Part shown: positions 20,620 through 31,370 of the stretch, in pieces | How positions within the stretch are numbered: the first letter of the stretch is position 1 | Layout: the number at the start of each line of letters is the position of its first letter | Assembly: GCA_902597375.1 (NCBI GenBank) | Contig: CACJXH010000003.1 | Location: 1-45,397, forward strand | Length of the DNA stretch: 45,397 bases | Direction: 5' to 3' | Source of the DNA: an uncultured Candidatus Actinomarina sp. | GTDB lineage: Bacteria > Actinomycetota > Acidimicrobiia > Actinomarinales > Actinomarinaceae | Position numbers and translations under genes: made by a program | Notes under the pieces: model-generated | What the model saw: the letters and a program-made list of their open reading frames with translations, nothing else | Databases searched by the model: none | What the model was told of the DNA's origin: nothing

Positions 20620-22420
20620 CCTCTATAACTTCGCCTTCAACTACATCATCGGATTCATCTGATGAAGGGTCAGTTTTTTCATTTTGTGCTTCAGAATATA
20701 ATTTCTCCGCAAACGACTGACTGGCTTTTGATAGGTCCTCAATACCAACTTTTAAGTCGTTGGTTGTTATATCTTCATTTTCTAAAAGCTTTTTTAACTT
20801 ATCATTAGCATCGTTAATGGTAGCTATTTCTTCTTCAGTTGCTTTCTCTTTATTTTCTTCAAGCATCTTTTCTGTAGATGTAACCATGCCTTCAGCCATA
20901 TTTCTTGTTTCAACAAGTTCTTTCTTTTTTGCATCTTCATTAGCATGCTGCTCGGCATCTTTAATCATTCTGTCAATTTCTTCATCTTCTAATGCAGTTC
21001 CGCCAGTTATTGTAATTGCCTGTTCCTTTCCAGTTCCAAGGTCCTTAGCGTTTACATTGACAATACCATTAGCATCTATATCAAACGTTACCTCAATCTG
21101 AGGTATTCCAGCCATTGCTGCAGGTATGTCGGTTAGGGTAAACCTTCCAAGAGATTTATTCCCAGAAGCAACTTCTCTTTCTCCCTGTAGAATATGAATT
21201 TCTACTTGTGTTTGGTTGTTTTCAGCAGTACTAAAAACTTCGGATCTTTTTGTAGGAATAGTAGTGTTTCTTTCAATCATCTTTGTCATAATCCCACCTT
21301 TTGTTTCTACTCCTAGTGTAAGTGGTGTTACATCCAATAATAAGACATCTTTAACATCACCTTTTAAAACCCCTGCTTGTATGGCTGCTCCAGAAGCAAC
21401 AACCTCATCTGGATTTACACCCTTGTGAGGATCTTTACCTGTTAGTGACTTTACAAGTTCTTGAACAGATGGCATTCTTGTTGATCCACCAACTAAAATA
21501 ATGTGATCTATATCGGAATAGGTCATGTCTGCATCTTTTAGTGCATTTTCCACTGGAGCTTTAGTTCTTTCGACTAAATCAGCAGTGATCTTTTCAAACT
21601 CGGACCTGCTTAGTTTTTCAACTAAATGCTGAGGACCAGAATCATTAGCAGTAAGAAATGGTAAATTTATTTCTGTTTCACTTGTAGATGAGAGTTCAAT
21701 TTTTGCCTTTTCTGCACCCTCTTGAATTCTTTGAATTGCCATATTGTCATTTGATAGATCTATTCCAGTTGATGACTTAAATTTTTCAATTATCCAATCC
21801 ATAATTCTTTGGTCCCAATCATCACCACCCAGTTTTGAATCACCGGATGTAGACTTTACTTCAAACACACCCTCCGAGATTTCCAATATTGAAACATCAA
21901 AGGTCCCTCCACCTAAATCAAATACAAGAATTTTTTGGTCTTCGTTATTTTCAAGCCCATATGCTAGTGAAGCAGCTGTTGGCTCATTAATTATTCTTAG
22001 AACCTCTAAGCCAGCAATTTGCCCAGCTTCCTTGGTGGCTTGTCTTTCAGCGTCATTAAAATATGCAGGAACAGTTATTACAGCCTCGGTAACTTTATCT
22101 CCTAGATAAGCTTCTGCATCCCTCTTCAATTTTTGAAGGATACGTGCTGAAATTTCTTGAGGGGTATAATCTTTATTTTCAAAATTTTGATTCCAATCGG
22201 TACCCACATGTCTTTTTATTGACCTGACAGTATTATCTGGATTTGTTATCGCTTGTCTTTTTGCAAGCTCTCCAACAAGTACATCATCTGATTTGAAAGC
22301 AACTATTGAAGGAGTAGTTCTATTTCCTTCAGCATTTGCAATTACAGTTGGCTCACCACCTTCTAAAACCGAAACAACACTATTTGTTGTTCCGAGATCA
22401 ATTCCTACTGCTTTCCCCAT
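20612..22420 (-). CDS. dnaK: Chaperone DnaK
   Basis: [26 protein letters not shown]. Confidence 0.97.
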   Translation of the reverse strand: MGKAVGIDLGTTNSVVSVLEGGEPTVIANAEGNRTTPSIVAFKSDDVLVGELAKRQAITNPDNTVRSIKRHVGTDWNQNFENKDYTPQEISARILQKLKRDAEAYLGDKVTEAVITVPAYFNDAERQATKEAGQIAGLEVLRIINEPTAASLAYGLENNEDQKILVFDLGGGTFDVSILEISEGVFEVKSTSGDSKLGGDDWDQRIMDWIIEKFKSSTGIDLSNDNMAIQRIQEGAEKAKIELSSTSETEINLPFLTANDSGPQHLVEKLSRSEFEKITADLVERTKAPVENALKDADMTYSDIDHIILVGGSTRMPSVQELVKSLTGKDPHKGVNPDEVVASGAAIQAGVLKGDVKDVLLLDVTPLTLGVETKGGIMTKMIERNTTIPTKRSEVFSTAENNQTQVEIHILQGEREVASGNKSLGRFTLTDIPAAMAGIPQIEVTFDIDANGIVNVNAKDLGTGKEQAITITGGTALEDEEIDRMIKDAEQHANEDAKKKELVETRNMAEGMVTSTEKMLEENKEKATEEEIATINDANDKLKKLLENEDITTNDLKVGIEDLSKASQSFAEKLYSEAQNEKTDPSSDESDDVVEGEVIEDE

Positions 22421-22437
22421 ATTTAACTCAATCCTCT

Positions 22438-22644
22438 CTAATCAATCTGTGGTTCTTGTTCTCTTGGTAGATGTCCACGCACCCTTGGATAGGAGATAGG
22501 GGCATGTAAAAAACAAAATTTCTTTTTGTTGTAGACACTAATTACTGTTTCACATGAATCAAATTCGCAAACTCTTCCAGAAGTGTATTTTTTTGATCTT
22601 CTCACCCCAGGCTTAACTGTTGAGGCTGTTAATGTTCCGCTCAT
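22438..22644 (-). CDS. Small basic hypothetical protein with C-x4-C-x12-C-x2-H motif (paralog 2)
   Basis: GAAAGGA SD; 17 nt upstream of dnaK; paralog of 1083..1277. Confidence 0.8.
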   Translation of the reverse strand: MSGTLTASTVKPGVRRSKKYTSGRVCEFDSCETVISVYNKKKFCFLHAPISYPRVRGHLPREQEPQID

Positions 22645-22680
22645 TTATTTCCTTTCAATCTTACCACATTTATTTATATT

Positions 22681-22702
22681 ATCTAAGTATATTTACTTAG
22701 AT
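22681..22702. promoter_or_regulatory. Inverted repeat ATCTAAGTA-N4-TACTTAGAT; candidate HspR (HAIR-like) operator
   Basis: Perfect 9-bp arms upstream of the dnaK operon; resembles CTTGAGT-N7-ACTCAAG but with 6 nt between AGT and ACT. Confidence 0.5.
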
Positions 22703-22805
22703 TTACTATTAATATAATATAATTAGTTTTTTATGCAAACTTTTATTTAGGTTTCTTTGAATATCCTTATTTTTAGATAGTTTCTGTGCTTGATAATATT
22801 AAATA

Positions 22806-23591
22806 ATGGCAGAAATAGACGTTCATATAGTTGGAATTGGTAACCTCGGAAAGTCTTTTCTAAGTGGTTTTGGATCTATCTCAGAAGGACCAAAACTACA
22901 TCTATATGAATCAAACGAGGATATTGTTGCATCATTTAGTGATAAACAAGAACTCAAATCAAGCTTAGGACAGCTAGATGAGGGAGTTCTTTTGCTATGT
23001 ATAAAACCAAATAATTTAAATGAATTTATTACTACAAACAAAGAACTTATATCACCTGACGTCTTAATAGTCACAGCACTTGCTGGATTAAATATAACCC
23101 ACTTTGAAAATATTTTTAAAAATAAAATTTTGAGATTGATGCCTAATCTGTCCATAAAAGATAATAACGGTTTTATTCCTTACACAAAAAATTATGAAGA
23201 TGATTACCTAGGCTTCATTAAATGCCTTAACGAACTTGGAAAAACTGCTGAATACCCTGAAAATTTATTTGATATTATTACCGCAATTTATGGAAGTGGA
23301 CCAGCTTGGTATTTTGAAATGTCTTCAAAAATAGTTGACGCTGCTGAAAAACTCGGCATGGAAAAAGAGGAAGCCAACGTTATTGTTGAACAACTAATAT
23401 TATCTTTGCCTTCATTATTAGGTGAGATAAGTTTTGATGAAATTGTTGATAACATTAAATCACCAAATGGCACTACTGAGGCTGGTATCAATTCGCTGTC
23501 TGAAAACTCTTTTGATAAAATAATATTTGACGCAATTGAAGCAGCGACTAACCGCTCAATTGAAATCTCAAAAGAAAATAACAATGAATAA
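22806..23591 (+). CDS. proC: Pyrroline-5-carboxylate reductase
   Basis: GIGNLG, CIKP, RLMPN, GSGPAW, SPNGTTEAG. Confidence 0.9.
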   Translation: MAEIDVHIVGIGNLGKSFLSGFGSISEGPKLHLYESNEDIVASFSDKQELKSSLGQLDEGVLLLCIKPNNLNEFITTNKELISPDVLIVTALAGLNITHFENIFKNKILRLMPNLSIKDNNGFIPYTKNYEDDYLGFIKCLNELGKTAEYPENLFDIITAIYGSGPAWYFEMSSKIVDAAEKLGMEKEEANVIVEQLILSLPSLLGEISFDEIVDNIKSPNGTTEAGINSLSENSFDKIIFDAIEAATNRSIEISKENNNE

Positions 23592-25743
23592 TAGTAAACC
23601 GAAAAAACAAGTCAATGATTATGTTTTATTGTTTTCTGCTGGTGCTGCTTTTTCGGTAGTATTTTTATGGCTTGCTAGCTACATATTTCCTGAAGGTGAA
23701 ATTATTGGGGGGAGAAGAGTCTTTGAAAATATACCTAAATCAATTCAATATATATTTTATATACTTAGTGCGTCATCAATATTTATTTCGGGTTATTTGT
23801 TTTCTCTTCGTGCAAAAAATTGGTCAAGAGGATCTGAAGAAAAAAGAAAAGTAAAAATTTCAGATAGGATATTTAGCTTCTTTGATGGAATACTCATGAG
23901 AACAACTTTGAGATTCAAAGCAGCTGGCTTAATGCACTCAATGATATATTTAGGCTTTCTTGGATTATTTGCAGGAACAATAACTTTGGAGATTCACCAC
24001 TTGATGCCGCCATCCTTAAAATTTTTACAAGGTACAACATATATTGTTTATTCATTTTTACTAGAACTAGCATCACTTCTTTATCTCGCAGGGCTTGCTT
24101 GGGCTTTTTATAGAAGAATTTTTGGTACTGAAGACAGAATTAAAACTAAGACAAAAATGGACGATTATTTAACTCTGTCCCTTTTAGCTTTTATGGGTGT
24201 TTCCGGTCTTACAACTGAAGCAGGAAGGATAATTGTTGAAGGATTTCCTAACTATGAGAAGTGGAGTTTTGTAGGCTATTTTATTGCCACCCTTTTACCT
24301 CTTGAAAGCGGTGTGTTATTTCACAGAATCTCCTGGATTCTTCACACTGTAAGCTTTTTTGTATTTCTACTAGTACTTCCACAATCAAAATTAAGACACA
24401 TAATCACATCTCCAGTAAATATGTATTTGAGTCCAAAAGAAAGACCAAAAGGTGCGATGAGAGATATTGGAAATCTAATGGAGGCGGAAGATATTGAAAC
24501 TGTGGGTGCTGAATTAATTGAAAATTTTACATGGAAGCAACTTTTAGATCTTGATGCATGTACTGTATGTGGTCGCTGTACTTCTGTTTGTCCAGCTAAC
24601 CTTACAGGAAAACCATTGGATCCCCGAGAGATTATCTTGAAAGTTGGACAGGTTATGTCAGAAACCGGAAATCCTGCTGTACCTACAACCGTATCAACTC
24701 CTATAGACTTAAAAGTGAAATCATCAAGTGTATTTGAGCGAATTACACCGGAAGAGCTTTGGGCTTGTACTTCTTGTAAAGCATGTGATGAAATTTGTCC
24801 TGTAAACATTGAAATTCTAGACAAGATACTTGATATGCGTAGATACTTAGCATTGATGGCTTCCGATTTTCCTTCTGAGTTAGGAAAGGCATATGTTGCA
24901 ATGGAAAATTCTTCAAATCCTTGGGGTGCCTCTCAAGAAGATAGGATGAAATGGTCAGAAGACTTAGATTTTGAAGTTCCTTTGCTTGATGAAAAAAATA
25001 AAGAGGAAATTGATTACCTGTACTGGATAGGTTGTGCAGGAGCTTTTGATGATAGAAATGTTCCTGTAACAAGAGCTGTTGCAACACTCCTCAGAAGAGC
25101 AAATGTATCATATGCAGTCCTGGGTCCAAAAGAAGTTTGTACAGGTGATTCTGCAAGAAGAACTGGAAATGAATTTGTATTTCAGCAGTTAGCAATTCAA
25201 AATATTGAGACGATGAATAACCTTGATGTTAAAAAAGTTATCACTCAGTGTCCGCACTGTTTTAATACGATTAAAAATGAATATCCCCAATTAGGCGGAA
25301 ATTTTGAGGTCATACATCACAGTCAATTGTTGACTGAACTTGTCCAATCAGGACATATTGAAGTAGGAACAAGTGACAAACCACATGTCATTACATATCA
25401 TGATTCCTGTTACCTAGGTAGACATAATGATATTTATACTGCTCCAAGAGAGATAGTTGGATCTATTGGTGGCATTGAAATTCGAGAAATGAAAAGACAA
25501 GGAACAACAAGCTTCTGCTGTGGTGCTGGTGGTGGACGAATGTGGATGGAAGAAGCAACCGGTAAAAAAGTTAATATCGAAAGAGTAGAGGAAGCTGTTG
25601 AAACTGGTGCTGATGAGGTCGCTGTTGCCTGTCCATTTTGTTATATAATGATGGATGATGGAATGAAAGAGATTGGCCAAGGAGATAATGTCAGAGTAAG
25701 AGACGTTTCTCTTATATTGCTTGATAATTTAAGAAAAGATTAA
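23584..25743 (+). CDS. Membrane-bound Fe-S oxidoreductase (FadF / heterodisulfide-reductase-related; TM + 2x4Fe-4S + CCG domains)
   Basis: CTVCGRCTSVCP, CTSCKACDEICP, CPHC, HDSCYLGR, CCGAGGG, ACPFC; start taken as ATG 23584 overlapping the proC stop. Confidence 0.88.
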   Translation: MNNSKPKKQVNDYVLLFSAGAAFSVVFLWLASYIFPEGEIIGGRRVFENIPKSIQYIFYILSASSIFISGYLFSLRAKNWSRGSEEKRKVKISDRIFSFFDGILMRTTLRFKAAGLMHSMIYLGFLGLFAGTITLEIHHLMPPSLKFLQGTTYIVYSFLLELASLLYLAGLAWAFYRRIFGTEDRIKTKTKMDDYLTLSLLAFMGVSGLTTEAGRIIVEGFPNYEKWSFVGYFIATLLPLESGVLFHRISWILHTVSFFVFLLVLPQSKLRHIITSPVNMYLSPKERPKGAMRDIGNLMEAEDIETVGAELIENFTWKQLLDLDACTVCGRCTSVCPANLTGKPLDPREIILKVGQVMSETGNPAVPTTVSTPIDLKVKSSSVFERITPEELWACTSCKACDEICPVNIEILDKILDMRRYLALMASDFPSELGKAYVAMENSSNPWGASQEDRMKWSEDLDFEVPLLDEKNKEEIDYLYWIGCAGAFDDRNVPVTRAVATLLRRANVSYAVLGPKEVCTGDSARRTGNEFVFQQLAIQNIETMNNLDVKKVITQCPHCFNTIKNEYPQLGGNFEVIHHSQLLTELVQSGHIEVGTSDKPHVITYHDSCYLGRHNDIYTAPREIVGSIGGIEIREMKRQGTTSFCCGAGGGRMWMEEATGKKVNIERVEEAVETGADEVAVACPFCYIMMDDGMKEIGQGDNVRVRDVSLILLDNLRKD

Positions 25744-26057
25744 CTATTTTTACCCATAAAGAATTTAGTGATATTTCCTTTTGACTTATTAATGCTATAA
25801 ATCACATATATTGCTGTAGTCAGATTGCCTAAAGTCATTAAGAAAAAAATCCAAACTAATGCAGATACCGTTTCTTCTTTATAAAATATCCAAATTCCTA
25901 CAAGAATAAATCCAGCATACAGATCGACAAGCGAAACGACACCCCAAGGAAGAGATGGAATTATCGAATCGAATACTGAGACTTGGTTCTGAGCCCAAAA
26001 TATTGTTGATACCATAGCTATAGTTATTAAATAAGCTATTACTTTTGTTATAGTCAT
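25740..26057 (-). CDS. Small membrane protein, DUF1475-like
   Basis: PWGVVSLVDLYAGF..WIFYKE..LGN pattern; three TM segments. Confidence 0.65.
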   Translation of the reverse strand: MTITKVIAYLITIAMVSTIFWAQNQVSVFDSIIPSLPWGVVSLVDLYAGFILVGIWIFYKEETVSALVWIFFLMTLGNLTTAIYVIYSINKSKGNITKFFMGKNS

Positions 26058-26087
26058 ACATTAGATTTTAAAGAAGAAGAAAAGTAT

Positions 26088-26708
26088 ATGGGAAACAATA
26101 GACAAGTAATTTTAAAAATATTTAGATTGGATAAAAATATTTACAATGAACTTGCATCAGAGGTTAGCAATTTCCAAATTGCTATTGCAATCTACATTTC
26201 TGGTTTCTTATTTAGTGGTCTTGCAGCCTTAAACTTTTTAAGAAACTCACTTGTTTATCTTGAGGAAAATCTTGGATTAATTGTTGGCACCCTTCCGGTA
26301 CAAACAGTCAATGAATTAAATACTTTAATAAGAGAGTTCGAGAATGTATTCGATTCTCAACAATTATTTGGATTACTTACAAGTTATTTAATTTCTAGCT
26401 TTGTATCAGGGTTTGTTGGTGTTGGCCTTGTTTATTTATTGTTGACACGTTTTTTTAGAAAAGAGACAGATTTTAGGCAAGTAGGAATAATTTATGGATT
26501 TTCAAACATTCCAGTTTTTTTAAATGGTGTAATCTTCTTTACTAGTTCAATCCCTCTTCAAATATTTTTAATTATTGGAACTGCTATTTTTGCACTGGTT
26601 TGCTTAGGGTCAGGTTTAAAACAGGTATATCTTCTAAGAAACATTGAAGCTTTTTTATTAGTAGTTGTTTCAGGCTTCGGTAGTTCACTTTTTTCACAAG
26701 TAATATAA
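26088..26708 (+). CDS. Membrane protein, Yip1-like
   Basis: About 5 TM helices, IYGFSNIP motif; family call tentative. Confidence 0.5.
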   Translation: MGNNRQVILKIFRLDKNIYNELASEVSNFQIAIAIYISGFLFSGLAALNFLRNSLVYLEENLGLIVGTLPVQTVNELNTLIREFENVFDSQQLFGLLTSYLISSFVSGFVGVGLVYLLLTRFFRKETDFRQVGIIYGFSNIPVFLNGVIFFTSSIPLQIFLIIGTAIFALVCLGSGLKQVYLLRNIEAFLLVVVSGFGSSLFSQVI

Positions 26709-27302
26709 ATGAAAGCAGCAATTATCTTAGCCGCTGGAGAATCGTCTAGGATGGGATTCCCAAAACAATTGGCTGAATATAAAGGTAAAACAATTTTGGA
26801 AACTGTTGTAGAAACTGTTTCCAATAGTATTGAAAATTCAATTGTTGTATTAGGGCATGAAAACGAAACCCTTACTGAAAAGATTGATTTTAAAAACAGC
26901 ACAATTCTTATCAATGAAAGTTGGGAGGAAGGAATTATTTCATCAATTAGAACCGGTTTATTCTATTTGAGCTCGGATAAAAATATCGATGGAGCATTGA
27001 TATTCATGGGTGATCAGCCAGCAATTAATTCAGAAGTAATTAAAAAATTACTATTAACAAAGCATGATGATGATGAGGTCGTAGTCCCTCAATACCGATA
27101 CGAAACAGGATACCCAATCTTGATACCTAGATATTTCTGGAACAAACTTGAACTCATTACTCAAGATGATATTGATGGTGATGATTCAGTATTTAAAAAT
27201 TTTGATTTGATTGACTTCTTTGAATCATCTGAATCAAAAATGAAAATTCTAAATTTTAATTTTCTTAAACCTACAGATTTTGACAAACAGTCTGATTTTT
27301 AA
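26709..27302 (+). CDS. MobA/MocA-like nucleotidyltransferase
   Basis: IILAAGESSRMGFPKQL, GDQP, GYP motifs. Confidence 0.8.
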   Translation: MKAAIILAAGESSRMGFPKQLAEYKGKTILETVVETVSNSIENSIVVLGHENETLTEKIDFKNSTILINESWEEGIISSIRTGLFYLSSDKNIDGALIFMGDQPAINSEVIKKLLLTKHDDDEVVVPQYRYETGYPILIPRYFWNKLELITQDDIDGDDSVFKNFDLIDFFESSESKMKILNFNFLKPTDFDKQSDF

Positions 27303-27364
27303 GAGTGGGAAAATCTCCCTAAAAATCTTCTTAGTTTTTAAAAAAAATTTTGTAAACTTTAAAC

Positions 27365-27769
27365 ATGAATTCAATTGACTCAATAAATGGCATGACGCAT
27401 ACAGAAGCTACAAAATTAAGAAGAGCTAGAGTCAGAACTACAGTAACGTTTCTCCAAATTGCATCAACTCGATCTGGAAGAGCACTACTTACAAAAGAGA
27501 CTGGAATAACATCACCAAAACTTTTGCATTGGGCCAAACGCGCTGAACTGATGAAAATTAAGAACCTAGGTAGAGATTATGCAGATCTTTTAGAAGCTGT
27601 TGGTGTTGAAAGTGTGGCTGATCTTAAAAGAAGAAACCCTGAAAGCCTTCATGAGATGATGCATAATGCAAATCAGGCAAAAAAAATTGTTGATAGAATG
27701 CCTTCACTTAAAAGAGTAACTAATTGGATTGATGATTCAAAAGATATTGTCATAACGGTATCTTCTTAG
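27365..27769 (+). CDS. DUF4332 family (helix-hairpin-helix-like) protein
   Basis: IDSING..LLHWAKRAELMKIKNLG..YADLLEAVGVESV..L.RRNP. Confidence 0.75.
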   Translation: MNSIDSINGMTHTEATKLRRARVRTTVTFLQIASTRSGRALLTKETGITSPKLLHWAKRAELMKIKNLGRDYADLLEAVGVESVADLKRRNPESLHEMMHNANQAKKIVDRMPSLKRVTNWIDDSKDIVITVSS

Positions 27770-27794
27770 TTAATCATTTAATTATCATTATTGT

Positions 27795-29501
27795 GTGAAT
27801 ACAAAAACACTAAGAATATCTTGTGCACAATTATCTTTTCCTGTTGGTGCGATCCAAGAAAATAAAGATAAAATAATCAACACATTAAAAGAGGCTGAAA
27901 AAGTACATTCTGATATTGTCTTATTTCCAGAACTTGCACTTACAGGATATCCTCCCGAAGATTTGCTACTAAGAGAAAGTTTTGTCGGAAAAAATTTTGC
28001 GGTAATGGAAGAGATTGCGGAGTTTTCTGGAAAAACAAGTGGTGTAATCGGGTTTGTTGATCGTAGCTTAAAGAAACAAAAAAATGATAATGTTGACAGA
28101 GATATTGCCAATGCTGCTGCGATTGTTCAAAATGGTGATGTAAAAGGTATTTATCATAAATGTTTCCTACCTAATTATTCCGTTTTTGATGAAGCAAGAT
28201 ATTTTGACAAAGGTACAAATGCTTCAACTCTTTTTTGGTATGAAGATATTGCTGTAGGGATAAATATATGTGAAGATATTTGGATCGAAGATGGTCCAGC
28301 CGAAGAACAAGTAAAAAAAGGCGCTTCAATCATATTAAATATAAATGCATCGCCATTTGATTTAAACAAAATTAACCAAAGGAAAGACAAAGTAAAGAAT
28401 AAAGCAAAAAAACTAGGTGTACCAATTGTTTATCTAAATATGGTTGGTGGCCAAGATGAACTTGTTTTTGATGGTGGTTCATTTGTGGTTGATAAAAATG
28501 GAGAAATTATATACATGGCTCCACAATTTGAAGAAGACTTTTTTACTTTAGACGTTGAACTCGATGTAAAAGATATTATTTCAGAGTCAAATTTATATTT
28601 GAATGATAAGAATGTTGAGTTAGAACCATTAGTTAGTACAAAAGAGCTTGATAAAATCGAGTCAATGTATGCTGCTTTGAAACTAGGTCTATCTGACTAT
28701 GTAACAAAAAACAAATTCAACAAAGTACTTGTTGGACTATCTGGTGGAATTGATTCAGCTTTAACGGCAACTATAGCTTGTGATGCGTTAACTCCAGAAC
28801 GTGTCATAGGTGTTGCAATGCCATCAAAATACAATCCAGAATCATCCTTAGATGATGCAAAACAACTTGCTAAAAACTTAGGTATAAACATGAAAGAAAT
28901 CACTATTGAGGATACTGTTGAAAATATAAGAACATTAGTTTCAGCAAATATTGAAGAACAATTGAAAAGTGTCGTAGATGAAAATATTCAGTCGAGGGTT
29001 AGGGGTAACCTCCTTATGGCACTATCAAATCAGTTAAATGCAATGGTTGTCTCTACAGGCAACAAATCAGAAATGGCCGTAGGCTATGCTACTTTGTATG
29101 GGGACCTAGTTGGAGGATTTGCGCTCCTTAAAGATGTTTACAAAGCAGATGTATATAATCTGGCAAAATATAGAAATTCAATATCGGAGGTTATTCCACA
29201 AAACACGATAGACAAAGAACCAAGTGCAGAGCTCAGCGAAAATCAGTTTGATTCTGACTCTCTTCCTGATTACGACACTTTAGATAAAATAATAAAACTT
29301 TATATTGAAGAAGACTTTTCCTCTGAGAAAATTATAAATTCTGGAATTGATAAGAGTGTTGTATACGATGTGCTCGAAAAAATTGACAGAAATGAATATA
29401 AGAGAAATCAAGTCGCTCCTGGTGTAAAATTGACAAACAGAGCTTTTGGAAAAGATAGAAGAATGCCAATTACAAATACATATAAAAGGGAAAGAAATTA
29501 A
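27795..29501 (+). CDS. nadE: Glutamine-dependent NAD+ synthetase
   Basis: Nitrilase domain (FPEL, K, ICEDIW) plus GLSGGIDS, ENIQSR, GNKSE, PSAEL. Confidence 0.95.
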   Translation: MNTKTLRISCAQLSFPVGAIQENKDKIINTLKEAEKVHSDIVLFPELALTGYPPEDLLLRESFVGKNFAVMEEIAEFSGKTSGVIGFVDRSLKKQKNDNVDRDIANAAAIVQNGDVKGIYHKCFLPNYSVFDEARYFDKGTNASTLFWYEDIAVGINICEDIWIEDGPAEEQVKKGASIILNINASPFDLNKINQRKDKVKNKAKKLGVPIVYLNMVGGQDELVFDGGSFVVDKNGEIIYMAPQFEEDFFTLDVELDVKDIISESNLYLNDKNVELEPLVSTKELDKIESMYAALKLGLSDYVTKNKFNKVLVGLSGGIDSALTATIACDALTPERVIGVAMPSKYNPESSLDDAKQLAKNLGINMKEITIEDTVENIRTLVSANIEEQLKSVVDENIQSRVRGNLLMALSNQLNAMVVSTGNKSEMAVGYATLYGDLVGGFALLKDVYKADVYNLAKYRNSISEVIPQNTIDKEPSAELSENQFDSDSLPDYDTLDKIIKLYIEEDFSSEKIINSGIDKSVVYDVLEKIDRNEYKRNQVAPGVKLTNRAFGKDRRMPITNTYKRERN

Positions 29502-30329
29502 ATGTATCTTATTAATGGAGTTGAGGTATCAAAAGAAGAATTTAATATACCTGTAGAAAACCTAGCTATTTGGAGAGGTGATGGAATTTTTGAAGCAATA
29601 GCCATACATAAAGGCTATTTATTTGGAATCGACAAGCACATGGAAAGATTTGCCCAATCTGCAGAAAAAATGTTTTTCAACAATATTAATTTTCAAGAAA
29701 TAAAAGATAATCTTATTTCAATTGCTTCAAATTATGATGATGGCTACATGAGGGTAATTATTGGAAGAGGCTCGGATAAAGATAAAAGTGATGTTTATAT
29801 TTTTTATCAAGAACTAATAAACTTCCCTGAGAGCTTCACATTACAATCTCACTTGGCGCACTGGCATGCTGGAGGTGATTTTGATTTAAATGAAGTAAAA
29901 AATATTGGTTCAAAATCAATTTCCTACGCAATGAATCTTAATCAGACAAGATTAGCTGAAAAAAACGGGTACACAGATTCATTGTTATTAAACAAAGATG
30001 GAATAGTATTAGAGGGTCCAACATTTTGTGTAAGTTGGATAATTGATAACAAAATTTATGTACCTGATTTAGAACTTGGGATATTGGATTCCATTACTCG
30101 CCGCTCTCTCATAGACATAGCAAACGAGACAGATTTAGATTTAGAAATTTCCAGAATTCATATTAATGATATTTATAATGTCGATACAGTTTTTGCCCTA
30201 TCAACAGCTAAACATGCAATTTTTGTAAGTAAAATTGATGACCAAGTTTATACTCAATCGCCTCTTTTAGAGAGAATCCGACATTCATTTACTGAATTTA
30301 TTGAAAAAGAAAGACAATTAAACAAGTAA
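29502..30329 (+). CDS. PLP-dependent aminotransferase class IV (IlvE/PabC-like)
   Basis: GDGIFE, HMERF, KSISY, LEGP, GILDSITR. Confidence 0.8.
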   Translation: MYLINGVEVSKEEFNIPVENLAIWRGDGIFEAIAIHKGYLFGIDKHMERFAQSAEKMFFNNINFQEIKDNLISIASNYDDGYMRVIIGRGSDKDKSDVYIFYQELINFPESFTLQSHLAHWHAGGDFDLNEVKNIGSKSISYAMNLNQTRLAEKNGYTDSLLLNKDGIVLEGPTFCVSWIIDNKIYVPDLELGILDSITRRSLIDIANETDLDLEISRIHINDIYNVDTVFALSTAKHAIFVSKIDDQVYTQSPLLERIRHSFTEFIEKERQLNK

Positions 30330-30344
30330 TCAAAGGAGGTTCAA

Positions 30345-31367
30345 TTGAGATTAACTGAATACTCTCATGGCGCTGGTTGAGCTTGTAAACTCTCACCTGG
30401 TGAGCTTGCTCAAGTTTTGACGCAATTTAAAAATCATAAAGCTACTGAATCTCCAAATTTATTAGTTGGACTAAATAATCCTGATGATGGAGGAGTTATT
30501 CAAGTTGGTGATCAAAAAATAATTCAAACTGTTGATTTTTTTACTCCCATTCTTGATAATCCTTACGATTGGGGAAGAGTAGCAGCCGCAAATGCGCTAT
30601 CAGATGTATATGCAATGGGAGGAGAACCTATTTCAGCTTTGCAGTTAGTTTGTTGGCCTCGTAGTGAAATAAGTTTTGATATATTGTCTGAGGTGATTAA
30701 AGGTGGTCTTGACACAATGCAAAAAGCAAATTGTACTGTCATTGGAGGTCACAGTATCGATGACAAAGAACCAAAATATGGTTTCTCAATCACCGGTGTT
30801 ATAAAAGATAAGATATTTAAAAATAATGAAATTAATGATGGAGATAGACTTTTTTTAACAAAACCAATAGGAACTGGGATTATTACAACTGCAATTAAAA
30901 GAGGAATTGCTTCTGACGAAAGCATAAAAATTGTAACCGACATTATGACTGAACTAAATAAAAAATCTTTAAATTTTTCACTGGATAATAATGCAAATGC
31001 AATTACAGATATAACTGGTTTTGGATTGTTGGGGCATTTGTATGAAATGCTGAATGATTCTAAATTATCAGCAACAATTAAATTTGATTCTGTTCCTTTG
31101 ATTGAAAATATTTATGACTATCTGGATAAAGAAATATTTCCTTCTGGAAGCTTGAGGAATTATGAATACCTATCAGACAAATTTATTTCTGATCTGGATG
31201 AGCAATCTTTAAAAATACTATGTGATGCACAAACTAATGGTGGCTTTCTCATTTCAATACCTAAGAACCAAAATATTAAACTTCAAAAAGATATGGAGCT
31301 TAACAAAAATATTTGGGAAATAGGTGAAATTAATTCTAAATATAATGAAAAGATAAATATTATTTAA
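30345..31367 (+). CDS. selD: Selenide, water dikinase (selenophosphate synthetase), selenocysteine-containing, 340 aa
   Basis: AGGAGG SD 30334-30339, TTG 30345: MRLTEYSHGAG-U(TGA 30378-30380)-ACKLSP, in frame with track ORF 30417..31367 (TVDFFTP, ANALSDVYAMGG, TDITGFGLLGH, DAQTNGG). Confidence 0.95.
30377..30413 (+). promoter_or_regulatory. Putative SECIS of selD
   Basis: Upper stem CTCAC-CTG-GTGAG (30392-30404) begins 11 nt after the UGA; lower pairing TTGAGC/GCTCAA. Confidence 0.5.
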
Positions 31368-31370
31368 AAG

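Noticed and set aside
20760-22499. Several plus-strand ORFs within dnaK (and similar ORFs inside other genes)
   Set aside because: Antisense or alternative-frame shadows of well-conserved genes; no SD or motifs.
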